NCBI GenBank assembly: GCA_963713955.1
Contig: OY970216.1
Coordinates: 209,934 to 273,933 of the forward strand
DNA from: an uncultured bacterium
Lineage (GTDB): Bacteria > Patescibacteriota > Minisyncoccia > UBA6257 > GWB1-50-10
Direction of reading: 5' to 3'
DNA length: 64,000 bases
Positions 42,827 to 51,931 of the stretch are shown here, piece by piece (positions within the stretch are counted from its first letter, which is position 1; every line of letters begins with the position of its first letter). The position numbers were made by a program, and so were the translations under genes. The notes under the pieces were generated by a model that saw only the letters and a list, made by a program, of their open reading frames with translations, searched no databases and was not told the origin of the DNA.

Positions 42827-43211
42827 AAATTTAAGGAAAGCTCAGGCTATGATGGTGGTAACCATTCTCATGGGAGGCTTATTTTTGGTTGGCACCGCCG
42901 TTGCGGGCCTTCTCATGCTTTACCAGCTGAAACAATCTTCCGACGCCGTGAGTTCCGGCGCGGCTGTCTTCGCGGCCGATGCCGGGACCGAGGCCAGTCT
43001 TTTCTGCTACTATACGACCTCGACGCCGTCGACTATCTGCGGTATAGGGTACCTCTGCCCGACTTCCGTAAAGCTGCCGAATGGCGCTTCCGCTTCCTCA
43101 ACGCTTCTCTTTCACTGTGACGGGGGATCGCCATCGTATTTCACGGCCGTGAGTTACGGGTATGCCGGCACGTCCGAACGGGTCGTGCAGTCTAACTTCT
43201 CGTTGGAATAG
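42804..43211 (+). CDS. Pilus-associated membrane protein (PilX-like minor component), hypothetical.
   Basis: 135 aa. N-terminal TM MMVVTILMGGLFLVGTAVAGLLML. Cys-rich C-terminus. Last gene of the pilus cluster. Confidence 0.4.
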   Translation: MDTHLVSKNLRKAQAMMVVTILMGGLFLVGTAVAGLLMLYQLKQSSDAVSSGAAVFAADAGTEASLFCYYTTSTPSTICGIGYLCPTSVKLPNGASASSTLLFHCDGGSPSYFTAVSYGYAGTSERVVQSNFSLE

Positions 43212-43219
43212 AAGAGGGT

Positions 43220-45352
43220 ATGACGAAAAACGAAGCCCGGGAACGGATCGAAAAACTGAAGAAAGAAATAAACAAATACCGCTATGCGTATCACGTACTC
43301 GATCGGGAACTTATTTCTCCCGAGGCGCTGGACTCGCTGAAGAAAGAACTTTTCGATCTGGAGCACGAATTTCCGGAATTCGTGACGCCGGATTCCCCAA
43401 CGCAGCGCGTTGAGGGGAAGCCCTTGAAGGCGTTCAAGAAAGTGCCTCACGAGCGGCCCATGATTTCGTTCGACGATTCGTTCTCCGAGGGGGACATGCA
43501 AGCGTGGCTTTCCCGCTTGGAAAATTTTTTGGGGAGGGGAATAGCCGATGCTCACGAGGCGCTGGGAGAAAAACCGTACCGGAGGGGAGACAAAAAACCT
43601 CCTGTCTTTTATTGCGAACTCAAAATCGACGGACTGGCGATCGAGCTCGTGTACGAGCATGGCGTTCTGGTCCAGGGTTCGACGCGAGGAAACGGGCTCA
43701 TCGGCGAAGACGTGACACAGAATTTGAGAACCATCGAAGCCATTCCCTTGAATCTTTTGCCTTCCGAAGAAGCAGCCGAGAACTTGCGGAAGCTCGGCGT
43801 AAACCCTAAACCCTATACCCTAAACCCTCGGCGTCTCGTTGTTCGCGGCGAAGCGTTCATCGCGAGGAAAGAATTTGAGAGGATAAACAGAGAACGATTG
43901 AAGCGGCACGAAAAAGCATACGCGAATCCACGGAACATCGCCGCTGGATCGATACGGCAGCTTGATCCCAAAATCACGGCGTCGCGGAAACTGGATTCTT
44001 TCCAGTATGCGCTCTTCACCGACATCGGACAGAAATTCCATGAAGAGGAACATCTGCTCCTCAAAGCTTTCGGCTTCAAGACCAATCCCCACAACAAAGG
44101 TGTGAGTTCCCTGAAAGAAGCATTCGCATTCAGGGATTACTGGGTGGATCATCGGAACGAAATATCGTATGAAATCGACGGGACAGTGGTTCTCGTGAAC
44201 AGCAACAAGATTTTCAACGAGGCGGGGGTCGCAGGAAAAGCGCCGCGCGGCGCGATGGCCTATAAATTTTCCCCCCGGGAGGCGACCACCAGAGTTTTGG
44301 ATATCGTGGTTCAGGTCGGCCGTACCGGCGTTTTGACGCCCGTCGCCGTCATGGAGCCAGTCGGAGTCGGTGGCGTTACGATCACGCACGCGACGCTTCA
44401 CAATGAAGACGAGGTGGAGCGCCTTGACCTCCGGGTAGGCGACACGATTGTCGTTTCCCGCGCCGGAGACGTCATTCCGCAGGTGACGCAAGTTCTGAAA
44501 AATTTGCGGACCGGCCACGAGAGGAAGTTCAAAATGCCATCCGTTTGCCCGGTTGACGGCGGCCGCGTTGCAAAAATCGGCGCCCTCACAAAGTGTACGA
44601 ACCCCGACTGCGGCGCGAAACACAAGGAGTCGCTCTACCATTTCGTTTCCCGGACTGCCTTCGACATCCGCGGACTCGGACCGAAGATTCTGGACAAGTT
44701 CTTGGACGAAGGACTCATTTCCGATGCGGCCGACATCTTTGAGGTGAAAGAAGGGGACATCGAAGCCTTGCCGCGGTTCGGCGAAAAATCGGCCGAAAAC
44801 ATCGTCCGGGAGGTAAGTCAGAAGAGAAAAACGAGCTTGCCGAGGTTTTTGTACGCTCTCGGGATTCTTCATGTCGGCGAGGAAACGGCGGTCCTCTTGG
44901 CGCAAGCAATTTCAAGACCGAAATTCCGAATTTCGAAGCCAACCGATGTGGGCGAAGTTACGAAGTCCTTCTCGCTGGAGGAGCTTCAAGAATTGCCCGA
45001 TATCGGGCCGATCGTCGCGAAGAGTATTTACGACTGGTTCCGTACCGCGAAAAATGCGAGGTTCTTGGAGAGATTGGAAAAAGCGGGGGTGGAAATAGAG
45101 CGGATTAAATCGACAGACAAAAGCCAAAAGTTGAAAGGACGGACGTTCGTCTTGACCGGCACCCTGTCTTCAATGTCCCGCGACGAAGCGAAGGATAAGA
45201 TAAGGGAACTAGGCGGTGACGTTTCTGAAACCGTTTCGACAAAAACCACTTTTGTCGTCGTGGGAGAAAATCCGGGATCGAAGTACGACCGGGCAGAAAA
45301 ACTAGGTGTCCAAATCTTAGACGAAGAAGAGTTTAGAGAGCTTATTAGTTGA
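43220..45352 (+). CDS. ligA: NAD-dependent DNA ligase LigA.
   Basis: 710 aa. Adenylation motif KIDGLAIELVYEHG (KxDG). Zn-finger CPVDGGRV...C..C. HhH motifs and C-terminal BRCT (GRTFVLTGTLSSMSRDEAKDKIRELGGDVSETVS). Confidence 0.95.
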   Translation: MTKNEARERIEKLKKEINKYRYAYHVLDRELISPEALDSLKKELFDLEHEFPEFVTPDSPTQRVEGKPLKAFKKVPHERPMISFDDSFSEGDMQAWLSRLENFLGRGIADAHEALGEKPYRRGDKKPPVFYCELKIDGLAIELVYEHGVLVQGSTRGNGLIGEDVTQNLRTIEAIPLNLLPSEEAAENLRKLGVNPKPYTLNPRRLVVRGEAFIARKEFERINRERLKRHEKAYANPRNIAAGSIRQLDPKITASRKLDSFQYALFTDIGQKFHEEEHLLLKAFGFKTNPHNKGVSSLKEAFAFRDYWVDHRNEISYEIDGTVVLVNSNKIFNEAGVAGKAPRGAMAYKFSPREATTRVLDIVVQVGRTGVLTPVAVMEPVGVGGVTITHATLHNEDEVERLDLRVGDTIVVSRAGDVIPQVTQVLKNLRTGHERKFKMPSVCPVDGGRVAKIGALTKCTNPDCGAKHKESLYHFVSRTAFDIRGLGPKILDKFLDEGLISDAADIFEVKEGDIEALPRFGEKSAENIVREVSQKRKTSLPRFLYALGILHVGEETAVLLAQAISRPKFRISKPTDVGEVTKSFSLEELQELPDIGPIVAKSIYDWFRTAKNARFLERLEKAGVEIERIKSTDKSQKLKGRTFVLTGTLSSMSRDEAKDKIRELGGDVSETVSTKTTFVVVGENPGSKYDRAEKLGVQILDEEEFRELIS

Positions 45353-45356
45353 TAAA

Positions 45357-45431
45357 GAATCGGTGAATTAAAAAAGTGTGCGCTCCGGGCCGCTAGGCCA
45401 AGTCTTACCCACTTTTTTACCTCACCGATTC
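45357..45431. repeat. Copy 2 (reverse orientation) of the 37-nt-core palindromic element, flanked by the inverted repeat gaatcggtgaa / ctcaccgattc. Sits between convergent ligA and the PHP gene.
   Basis: gtgtgcgctccgggccgctaggccaagtcttacccac at 45376-45412 is the exact reverse complement of the core. A6 and T6 runs flank it. It would act as a bidirectional terminator-like structure. Confidence 0.6.
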
Positions 45432-45435
45432 TTCC

Positions 45436-46131
45436 TCAGCGAAACAAGTTCAGGGTGGTTTTGAGGAGTATCCTCATGACGTATTCGTCCGTGAGTCTCG
45501 CGGGCGGCGAGATGATTTTTATTTTTCCTTCCTTCACGGCTTTTGCGATGGACGGGAACGAACTGTCGTCGGCTTCCAGAATTGAGTAGCTTCCGTCGAG
45601 CCAATCGAGGTCGTGGGTATCGGACGTGGCGACGATCGGCAGGTTGTGTGTGAGAGCGAAATGACCCGCCTCTTTGTTGAGATTCAAGAACTTGAAGTGG
45701 AACCACGAGTACTCCACAGCGTCGAAAAGCTCCACGTGTTCCTTGAGCTTCCTGCCTAATGAAACTCCCCCGCCGAAGAACGGGTGGGGGGCGATAATGA
45801 GCACTTCCGGATGGGCTTCTTTGTATTTCTTCAAGTCGGAAAACGTTTCTACGTTTTCCGCCGATTTATCGACATTCAACATGATGACATCCTTTCCTTC
45901 CACGCTCTTTTCTATGCCTTGAATGAGGTTTATGCCGAGACTCTTCGCGTATTCGTGGTATTTTTCGTCGTCCGTCACGAAATTGTGGCACGTGACCGCG
46001 AGAGCATCGAAGCCGAGCTCCTTGGCCTTGCGAAGCCCCTCAAAGAGGCTGTGCTTCGCGACGAGTGCCGCTCGTTCCTTGTCTTCCACGTCGTCTTTCG
46101 TGTGAAAATGAAGATTTGTTTTAATTTTCAT
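45436..46131 (-). CDS. PHP-domain metal-dependent phosphoesterase.
   Basis: 231 aa. N-terminal NLHFHTKDD (HxH), AVTCHN, IIAPHPFF, ATSDTHDLD metal-ligand contexts typical of the PHP family. Confidence 0.7.
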   Translation of the reverse strand: MKIKTNLHFHTKDDVEDKERAALVAKHSLFEGLRKAKELGFDALAVTCHNFVTDDEKYHEYAKSLGINLIQGIEKSVEGKDVIMLNVDKSAENVETFSDLKKYKEAHPEVLIIAPHPFFGGGVSLGRKLKEHVELFDAVEYSWFHFKFLNLNKEAGHFALTHNLPIVATSDTHDLDWLDGSYSILEADDSSFPSIAKAVKEGKIKIISPPARLTDEYVMRILLKTTLNLFR

Positions 46132-46190
46132 GAGGAATTTGCTATAATGAGATTAATAATAAAAGGTCGTTTAATAATAAGCTATAAGAG

Positions 46191-46871
46191 ATGTTTATTC
46201 AAGATTGGACGTCTATCGTTGCGACTTCGCTCCAAAATCTTTGGATCGGGTTCATAAACGCAGTCGCCGGCATCATCGGGGCGCTCATCGTCCTTATCAT
46301 AGGGCTTATCGTCGCGTCTCTCTTGGGTACGCTCGTGGAAAAGATAGTGAACGTCATCCAGTTGGACAAATTGTTGTCCAATTTGGGGCTCGGCGAATAT
46401 TTCGAGAGGGCGGGGTTGAGTCTGAAGAGCGGAAAATTCTTCAAGAAGCTCGTATATTGGTTCCTGGTTGTCGTGTTCCTCTTAGCCGCTTCCGATATAC
46501 TCGGCTTTTATTCGCTTTCCTCGTTCCTCGAGAGCGTGCTCCTCTACGTTCCCAACGTGATCGTGGCGGTTCTCATCATGCTTGCCGCGTTCGTCATCGG
46601 CCATTTCTTGAGAAACCTGGTAGCCGCTTCCATAAAAGCTTCGAAGCTTCACGGAGCGGGATTCCTGGGTTCTCTCACGTGGTGGGCGATTGTCGTCTTC
46701 GGATTCCTCGCATCGCTCTCACAGCTCGGCATTGCGGTTACCATCATTAACGCGCTCGTGACGGGGTTGATTGCCATGCTCGCTATTGCCTTCGGTTTGG
46801 CCTTTGGGTTGGGGGGCAAAGGGTATGCCGAACATCTGATAGAAAAGCTGAGGGATCGGACGGAAAGGTAG
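46191..46871 (+). CDS. Polytopic membrane protein with conserved TM-helix repeats (MscS-associated TM_helix-like), function unknown.
   Basis: 226 aa. At least five hydrophobic helices (IGFINAVAGIIGALIVLIIGLIVASLLG, etc.). Followed by hairpin terminator cccgtcccgattctgatcgggacggg plus tttt at about 46896-46930. Confidence 0.45.
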   Translation: MFIQDWTSIVATSLQNLWIGFINAVAGIIGALIVLIIGLIVASLLGTLVEKIVNVIQLDKLLSNLGLGEYFERAGLSLKSGKFFKKLVYWFLVVVFLLAASDILGFYSLSSFLESVLLYVPNVIVAVLIMLAAFVIGHFLRNLVAASIKASKLHGAGFLGSLTWWAIVVFGFLASLSQLGIAVTIINALVTGLIAMLAIAFGLAFGLGGKGYAEHLIEKLRDRTER

Positions 46872-47118
46872 AATCGGCAAGAATCATTTCGCGTGAAAAC
46901 TATCCCGTCCCGATTCTGATCGGGACGGGATTTTCTTGCCCCGTCACCAGATCAAGCGTTTCGCTCCCAGCGCCGGAGACCAGCTTGGGGATAGGAGGAA
47001 TCTTGCAATTGCTCCTCGCCTTGATTATCCCAAGGAACGCTGGAAGCGACAGGCGCTGCAGTGCTTGGCTCGGTACGGGGCTTGCCCCTTTGGCGAACCT
47101 TGTGATACCCTAGAAGGC

Positions 47119-47436
47119 ATGAATGATTTTGCCGTAGTCGTGACCGGCGGAAAACAGTACAAGGTCAAAGCCGGGGACAAGCTGAAAATCGAGAAGATAA
47201 GCGGTGAGCCGGGCCAGCCTTTTTCTTTTGACAAAGTACTCTTGGTTTCGAAAGGGGAAAACACCGCGATAGGCACTCCCTACCTCGCGGATGCGTCGGT
47301 CACGGCGAAAATCGTCTCTGGCGGCAGGGACGATAAGAAGATTGTCTTCAGATTCCATTCCAAAACCAGGTACCGGAAACTTAAGGGGCATCGGCAGCAC
47401 TACACCGAGGTCTCTGTTAGTAAAATAAACCTCTAG
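47119..47436 (+). CDS. rplU: 50S ribosomal protein L21. Start at MNDFAVVV; the ORF track 46936 start lies within the leader.
   Basis: MNDFAVVVTGGKQYKVKAGDKLKIEKI...FDKVLLV...GRDDKKIVFRFHSKTRYRKLKGHRQHYTEV matches the L21 family consensus (GGKQY, GHRQ.YT). Confidence 0.85.
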   Translation: MNDFAVVVTGGKQYKVKAGDKLKIEKISGEPGQPFSFDKVLLVSKGENTAIGTPYLADASVTAKIVSGGRDDKKIVFRFHSKTRYRKLKGHRQHYTEVSVSKINL

Positions 47437-47440
47437 GGAA

Positions 47441-47517
47441 GAGCTCGGCGAGGCGAAAACGTGGGTAAGACTTGGCCTAGCGGCCCGGAGCGCACACATT
47501 TTCGGCTTGCCGAGCTC
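47441..47517. repeat. Copy 3 of the 37-nt-core palindromic element, flanked by the inverted repeat gagctcggc / gccgagctc. Sits between convergent rplU and recR.
   Basis: Core at 47461-47497 is identical to copy 1. The outer stems differ from copies 1 and 2 but remain self-complementary. Confidence 0.6.
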
Positions 47518-47519
47518 TT

Positions 47520-48119
47520 TTACGTCCTCTTCTCGAATGAGTGGAGAAGGGTTGTCTCGTCGGCAAATTCTACCTCGCCTCCCGTGGGGAGTCCCCGGCC
47601 GAGCCGGGTTATTTTTTTTGCCAGATTCTTAAAATCCTCCCGTATGAGATCGGACGTAAAGTCGCCGATCGACGTGGCATTCAGGGCTACGATGATTTCC
47701 TCAGCCTTCCCGCCGAGCTCTTTTTTTATCCTCTCTTTCAGCTTTTCCAGACGGTCTTTTTGCTCTTGTCCCAAGATCCCCTTTTCGGCCAAGTTCCCGA
47801 GGATGAGGTAGTGTCCGTTGAACTTGCTTATTTTCTCGAACGTCAGGAGATCGGTTTCTCTTTCGACGACAGCCACGATGTGCGAGTCCCTCTCGGGGTC
47901 AGAGCAAATTCGGCACAATTTTTCGTTTCTCTCTTTTACGAAGAAACAGCGTTCGCAGACATCGAGTTTCGTGAGCCCTTCGAGGGCTGCAACCGTATTT
48001 TCGAGGTCCACCTTTTCCATCTGGAGAAAGAAAAAAGCCAGCCGCGTTGCCTGCCGCGGCCCCAAGATAGGCAGTTTTGAAAAACGGTCTATAAATCTTT
48101 TTATTTCCTCTGGTATCAT
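47520..48119 (-). CDS. recR: Recombination protein RecR. Start at MIPEEIKRF.
   Basis: HhH LPILGPRQATRLAFFFL. C4 zinc finger CERC...CRIC. Toprim domain (HIVAVVERETD, ILGNLAE), then the C-terminal region. Confidence 0.8.
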   Translation of the reverse strand: MIPEEIKRFIDRFSKLPILGPRQATRLAFFFLQMEKVDLENTVAALEGLTKLDVCERCFFVKERNEKLCRICSDPERDSHIVAVVERETDLLTFEKISKFNGHYLILGNLAEKGILGQEQKDRLEKLKERIKKELGGKAEEIIVALNATSIGDFTSDLIREDFKNLAKKITRLGRGLPTGGEVEFADETTLLHSFEKRT

Positions 48120-48132
48120 CCGGTTTGCGATT

Positions 48133-49509
48133 TTACTGCAATGCATCGAGCGAGGCGTGGGATGTGTCCAAGTTCTTGAAACTGACTTTTTCTTTGTCGA
48201 AGATGAGTTTCACGGATCCCGTCGGCCCGTTCCGGTGTTTGGCTATGATGATCTCGACTGTGTTGTCTTCCATGAGATCGTCCTCCATCGTCGATCTTTC
48301 CTTGTCCTTCCGGTATATGAAGAGAACGACGTCGGCGTCCTGTTCCAAACTGCCGGATTCTCTGAGGTCTGACAAGCGCGGTATTTTTATGTCTCTCTTG
48401 TCCACGTCCCGCGAAAGCTGGGAGACGGCAATGACCGGGACGTTCAATTCCCGCGCGAGCGACTTCAGGCTCCTCGAAATTTCCGTAACCTGTTGTACCA
48501 TGTTGTCACTCGTGGTCCGCGGCTGTATGAGTTGGAGATAGTCCACAATGATCATGTCTATGCCGTGTTCCAATTGGAGGCGTCTCGCCATGGAACGCAT
48601 CTGGAGCACGGTGGGAGAAGGGGTGTCGTCTATGAAGATTTTGGCGTTCGAGAGCTCCTCGAGTGCCTGCTGGACCAGCGAGAATTCCATGTCGTCCGAT
48701 ATCTTTCCGGTCCGTAAACGCCAGAGCGGTATCTGGGCTTGGCTTGAGATCAGCCGGTCTATGACCTGCTCCCGGGACATCTCTATCGAGAATATTCCCA
48801 CCGATTTTTTGCCCATCGTGGCCGCCTGCCGCGCCATATCGAGAACGAGGGCCGTTTTCCCGTAGGAAGGTCTGGCTCCGATGATCACGAGATCCGACGG
48901 CTGGAAACCGGAGAGGAACCGGTCGAGATCGTGGAAAAAAGTGGGAACGCCCCTCAAGGTTTCTTTTCCGCCGCGGTGCAGTTTTTCGAAGCGTTCGTAA
49001 GCTTCCGGCAGTTCGTCTTTCAGGGGAACGAATTTCTGGGGCCGTGATCTCTGCGAGATTCCGAATATTCTCTGTTCGACTGATTCAAGGAGTTCTTCGA
49101 AATTGCGGAGCCCGAAAGCCTTTTCGCTGATGTCCGACGCCGCTTCGATGAGATCCCTCCGCACGCGTTGTTCCTTGACTATGTTCGCGTAGTGAGCCAC
49201 GTGAGCGGACGTAGGAACGCTGTCGGTAAGTTCGGTCAAATAGTCGAGCCCGCCGGTTTCATCGAGCTGTTTTTTTGCCTTGAGGTCATGGGAAACGGTC
49301 AGGAGATCGACCGGTTCGCCTTTGCTCCAGAGATTCACGATACTCTCGTATATCTTCCGATGCTTGGATTCGTAGAAGTCGCTCGGTGCCAAAAAATCGG
49401 CGACCTGGACGATCGCGTTTTTGTCGAGCATCAAGGCTCCGAGGACTGAGCGCTCCGCCTCGATGTCCTGCGGCGGTAATTTTAACTGACTCGTTTCTTT
49501 CTTCGCCAT
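48133..49509 (-). CDS. dnaB: Replicative DNA helicase DnaB.
   Basis: 458 aa. N-terminal DIEAERSVLGALML. Walker A GARPSYGKTALVLDMA. SIEMS, Walker B IIVDYLQL, and the arginine finger region. Confidence 0.95.
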   Translation of the reverse strand: MAKKETSQLKLPPQDIEAERSVLGALMLDKNAIVQVADFLAPSDFYESKHRKIYESIVNLWSKGEPVDLLTVSHDLKAKKQLDETGGLDYLTELTDSVPTSAHVAHYANIVKEQRVRRDLIEAASDISEKAFGLRNFEELLESVEQRIFGISQRSRPQKFVPLKDELPEAYERFEKLHRGGKETLRGVPTFFHDLDRFLSGFQPSDLVIIGARPSYGKTALVLDMARQAATMGKKSVGIFSIEMSREQVIDRLISSQAQIPLWRLRTGKISDDMEFSLVQQALEELSNAKIFIDDTPSPTVLQMRSMARRLQLEHGIDMIIVDYLQLIQPRTTSDNMVQQVTEISRSLKSLARELNVPVIAVSQLSRDVDKRDIKIPRLSDLRESGSLEQDADVVLFIYRKDKERSTMEDDLMEDNTVEIIIAKHRNGPTGSVKLIFDKEKVSFKNLDTSHASLDALQ

Positions 49510-49511
49510 GA

Positions 49512-50951
49512 TTATTTATAGATGAAAGGCCCCAAAGGCGTATCGTCTATCTTGTATCCTAATTCTTTTATTTTATTTCTCAAGGCGTCGGAGCGGACAA
49601 ACTGTTTATTGCCTCGGGATAACTCACGCTCGGCTGCCAATTTCCTTACGGCAAGCGGTATTTTGTCCTTCCGGGAGAGTTCAAGCCCCAGGACGGAATC
49701 GATTTCAATCACGGCTTTTCTCGTCTCCGAAGCTCTCCGTTTTCCTACCCGCCCGGCGAATAAGTCATCGACGTAGCTTTTGACGAAGGAACGGGTGAGA
49801 GCTATGGCAACGGGCGTATTCAGATCGTTCTCCATCGACGTTTTAAATGAATTCCGGAATTGTTTTACTGCTTCGCGCCAATCCGGCCTTTCGTCTTTGT
49901 CTCTGGAATTGAACGTGAAAAGATAACCGGTTTGGTTCTTGAGTTCCCGGTAGGCCTTTTCGGCCGCGGTCATTGCCTTCCAGGTGAAATTGAGTTGAGA
50001 GCGATAGTGGGCGGTCAGAACAAAGTAACGGTAATTTAAGGGGTAAAACCCTTCCTTGAGGAGCGTTTGGAGCGTTATGAAATTGCCGAGCGACTTTCCC
50101 ATCCGGCTCTCATTCACGATGAGGAATTCGCCATGGAGCCAATAGTGCGCCAGGGGCTTTCCTTCGGCCGCCTCCGATTGGGCAATCTCGTTCGTGTGAT
50201 GCAGCGATATGTGATCGATGCCCCCCGTGTGGATGTCGAATGGCTGGCCAAGGAAATGGGTGGAAATGGCCGAGCACTCGACGTGCCAGCCGGGGAACCC
50301 CTTCCCCCACGGCGACGGCCACTGGAGGATGTGATTTTTAAAAAGTCCGACCAATTTGAACCAAAGGACGAAATCCGCCGGATTGCGTTTTTCGTCGTCC
50401 GTGACGATGTCTTCCCGGGCGCCGGTTATTTTTTCGGAGAGTTTTTGATGCGAGAGTCTCGTGTAGCCGGGAAATTTGCTCACGTCAAAATATATCGCCT
50501 TCGAGGTTTCGTACGCGAATCCCTTTCTCTCGAGTTTTTTTATCAGTTTTATCTGCTGGGGTATATACTTTGTTGCTGGTGCTATAATTTGGGGCTTCCG
50601 GGCGTTCAGCTTTTCCAGATCACCGAGAAACGCTTTGGTGTAAAAGCGGGCAATATCCTTCACGGATTTTTTCTCTTTTTCCGCTTCCTTTTGCAACTTG
50701 TCCTGCCCCGTGTCGGCATCGGAGGTAAGATGCCCGACGTCGGTTATGTTCATGACGCGTTTTACGCGATAGCCGCAATAGTTCAATGTCCTTTCGAGCA
50801 CATCCTCGAAAATATAGGTGCGGAGGTTGCCGACGTGAGCGTAGTTGTAAACCGTCGGCCCGCAGGTATAGAGACCAACCCGTCCTTTTCTGATGGGTCT
50901 AAAAGCCTCTTTTCTTCTCGTGAGCGTGTTATAAAAAAACATCAAAGCCAT
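49512..50951 (-). CDS. cysS: Cysteinyl-tRNA synthetase.
   Basis: 479 aa. LYTCGPTVYNYAHVGNLRT (HIGH-like HVGN), Zn-ligand contexts, RMGKSLGN (KMSKS). C-terminal anticodon-binding helices. Confidence 0.9.
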   Translation of the reverse strand: MALMFFYNTLTRRKEAFRPIRKGRVGLYTCGPTVYNYAHVGNLRTYIFEDVLERTLNYCGYRVKRVMNITDVGHLTSDADTGQDKLQKEAEKEKKSVKDIARFYTKAFLGDLEKLNARKPQIIAPATKYIPQQIKLIKKLERKGFAYETSKAIYFDVSKFPGYTRLSHQKLSEKITGAREDIVTDDEKRNPADFVLWFKLVGLFKNHILQWPSPWGKGFPGWHVECSAISTHFLGQPFDIHTGGIDHISLHHTNEIAQSEAAEGKPLAHYWLHGEFLIVNESRMGKSLGNFITLQTLLKEGFYPLNYRYFVLTAHYRSQLNFTWKAMTAAEKAYRELKNQTGYLFTFNSRDKDERPDWREAVKQFRNSFKTSMENDLNTPVAIALTRSFVKSYVDDLFAGRVGKRRASETRKAVIEIDSVLGLELSRKDKIPLAVRKLAAERELSRGNKQFVRSDALRNKIKELGYKIDDTPLGPFIYK

Positions 50952-51847
50952 CGTTTCTTCCTGAATATGAAGGCGAGAATTGCCACGATCGCGCAGACCA
51001 CAAGGAGATCGACCCAGAAATCGGCCGGGCTTTTGAAGAGCGTCGGTTCCACCGTCGGCTGGAGCGCGATCGTCGTGAAAAGCAGGAGGGGAAACGTGAG
51101 AAAACCCAAAATCGAGAACCTCCTCATGACTTCGGACGTTTCCGATTGGAATATCTGGGAAACGGTCTCGCTGTAGGAAACGACGGTCATGCGAAGCGTT
51201 TCAAGGAGGTAATGAACCTTCGAAAAACTTCCCATGAGGTCGGAGAAATAGATCTTGGACTGCTCGCCGTAAAAGTCTCCGCCGACCGCGAGGAGCGACT
51301 CGAGGGTGGTTTTTTCCGATGCCGCGGTTATTTCAAATTCGAACAAATCCCGCTTGATGTACGAGAGATCCTCCAGAAGTTTTCGGTCGCTCACGCCGAA
51401 TAATTGCTCTCCGACGGCGTTGACTTTTTCTTCAACGTGCCGGAGCTGCCGTAGGGAAAAGGTGTTGACTTCCTGGAAGAGATAATAAATCATCTGCGGA
51501 ACGCTTTGGATTTTGCCGTCGAGCCTCTGGGAAAGATCGGATTCGAACTGAGTGAGCGGCTCTATGTCTTCGTAACTGTACGTGAGGATCACGTCTTTCG
51601 TCGAGAGGAAATCTATCTCCGTTCTCCTCGCTGCCTTATTTCTTTCGTCGTACCGGTGCAAATGGTAAACGGCAAAAAGATAGTTTCCGTAGCTTTCTAT
51701 CTTGCTCCGGTCCGACGGACGCTCGAGCTCCTTCAATATCAAAGGGTGGGCCTTGATAAGAGAGATGGTTTCCACAATGTCGTCTCCGTCGGGATTCTGG
51801 AAATGGACCCATCGCACCTTGCCTATTTTTTCTTCGTACTTCTTCAT
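50942..51847 (-). CDS. CorA-like divalent cation transporter. The GMN motif is degenerate.
   Basis: 301 aa. Soluble N-terminal domain, then two C-terminal TM helices (MRRFSILGFLTFPLLLFTTIAL ... WVDLLVVCAIVAILAFIF) and a basic tail. The canonical YGMNF is not recognisable, so the assignment is tentative. Confidence 0.45.
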   Translation of the reverse strand: MKKYEEKIGKVRWVHFQNPDGDDIVETISLIKAHPLILKELERPSDRSKIESYGNYLFAVYHLHRYDERNKAARRTEIDFLSTKDVILTYSYEDIEPLTQFESDLSQRLDGKIQSVPQMIYYLFQEVNTFSLRQLRHVEEKVNAVGEQLFGVSDRKLLEDLSYIKRDLFEFEITAASEKTTLESLLAVGGDFYGEQSKIYFSDLMGSFSKVHYLLETLRMTVVSYSETVSQIFQSETSEVMRRFSILGFLTFPLLLFTTIALQPTVEPTLFKSPADFWVDLLVVCAIVAILAFIFRKKRWL

Positions 51848-51931
51848 CTACCAATAATAACACCAACGACGCAAACGTACACGAATGACGCGAACGCTGC
51901 CCGTATCATTCGTGTTGTTGATATTGTAAAT

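Noticed and set aside
43820-44905. 361-aa ORF on the minus strand opposite ligA
   Set aside because: It lies entirely antisense to a full-length, motif-complete NAD-ligase. The translation is a GC-driven Arg/Pro/Gly-rich frame.
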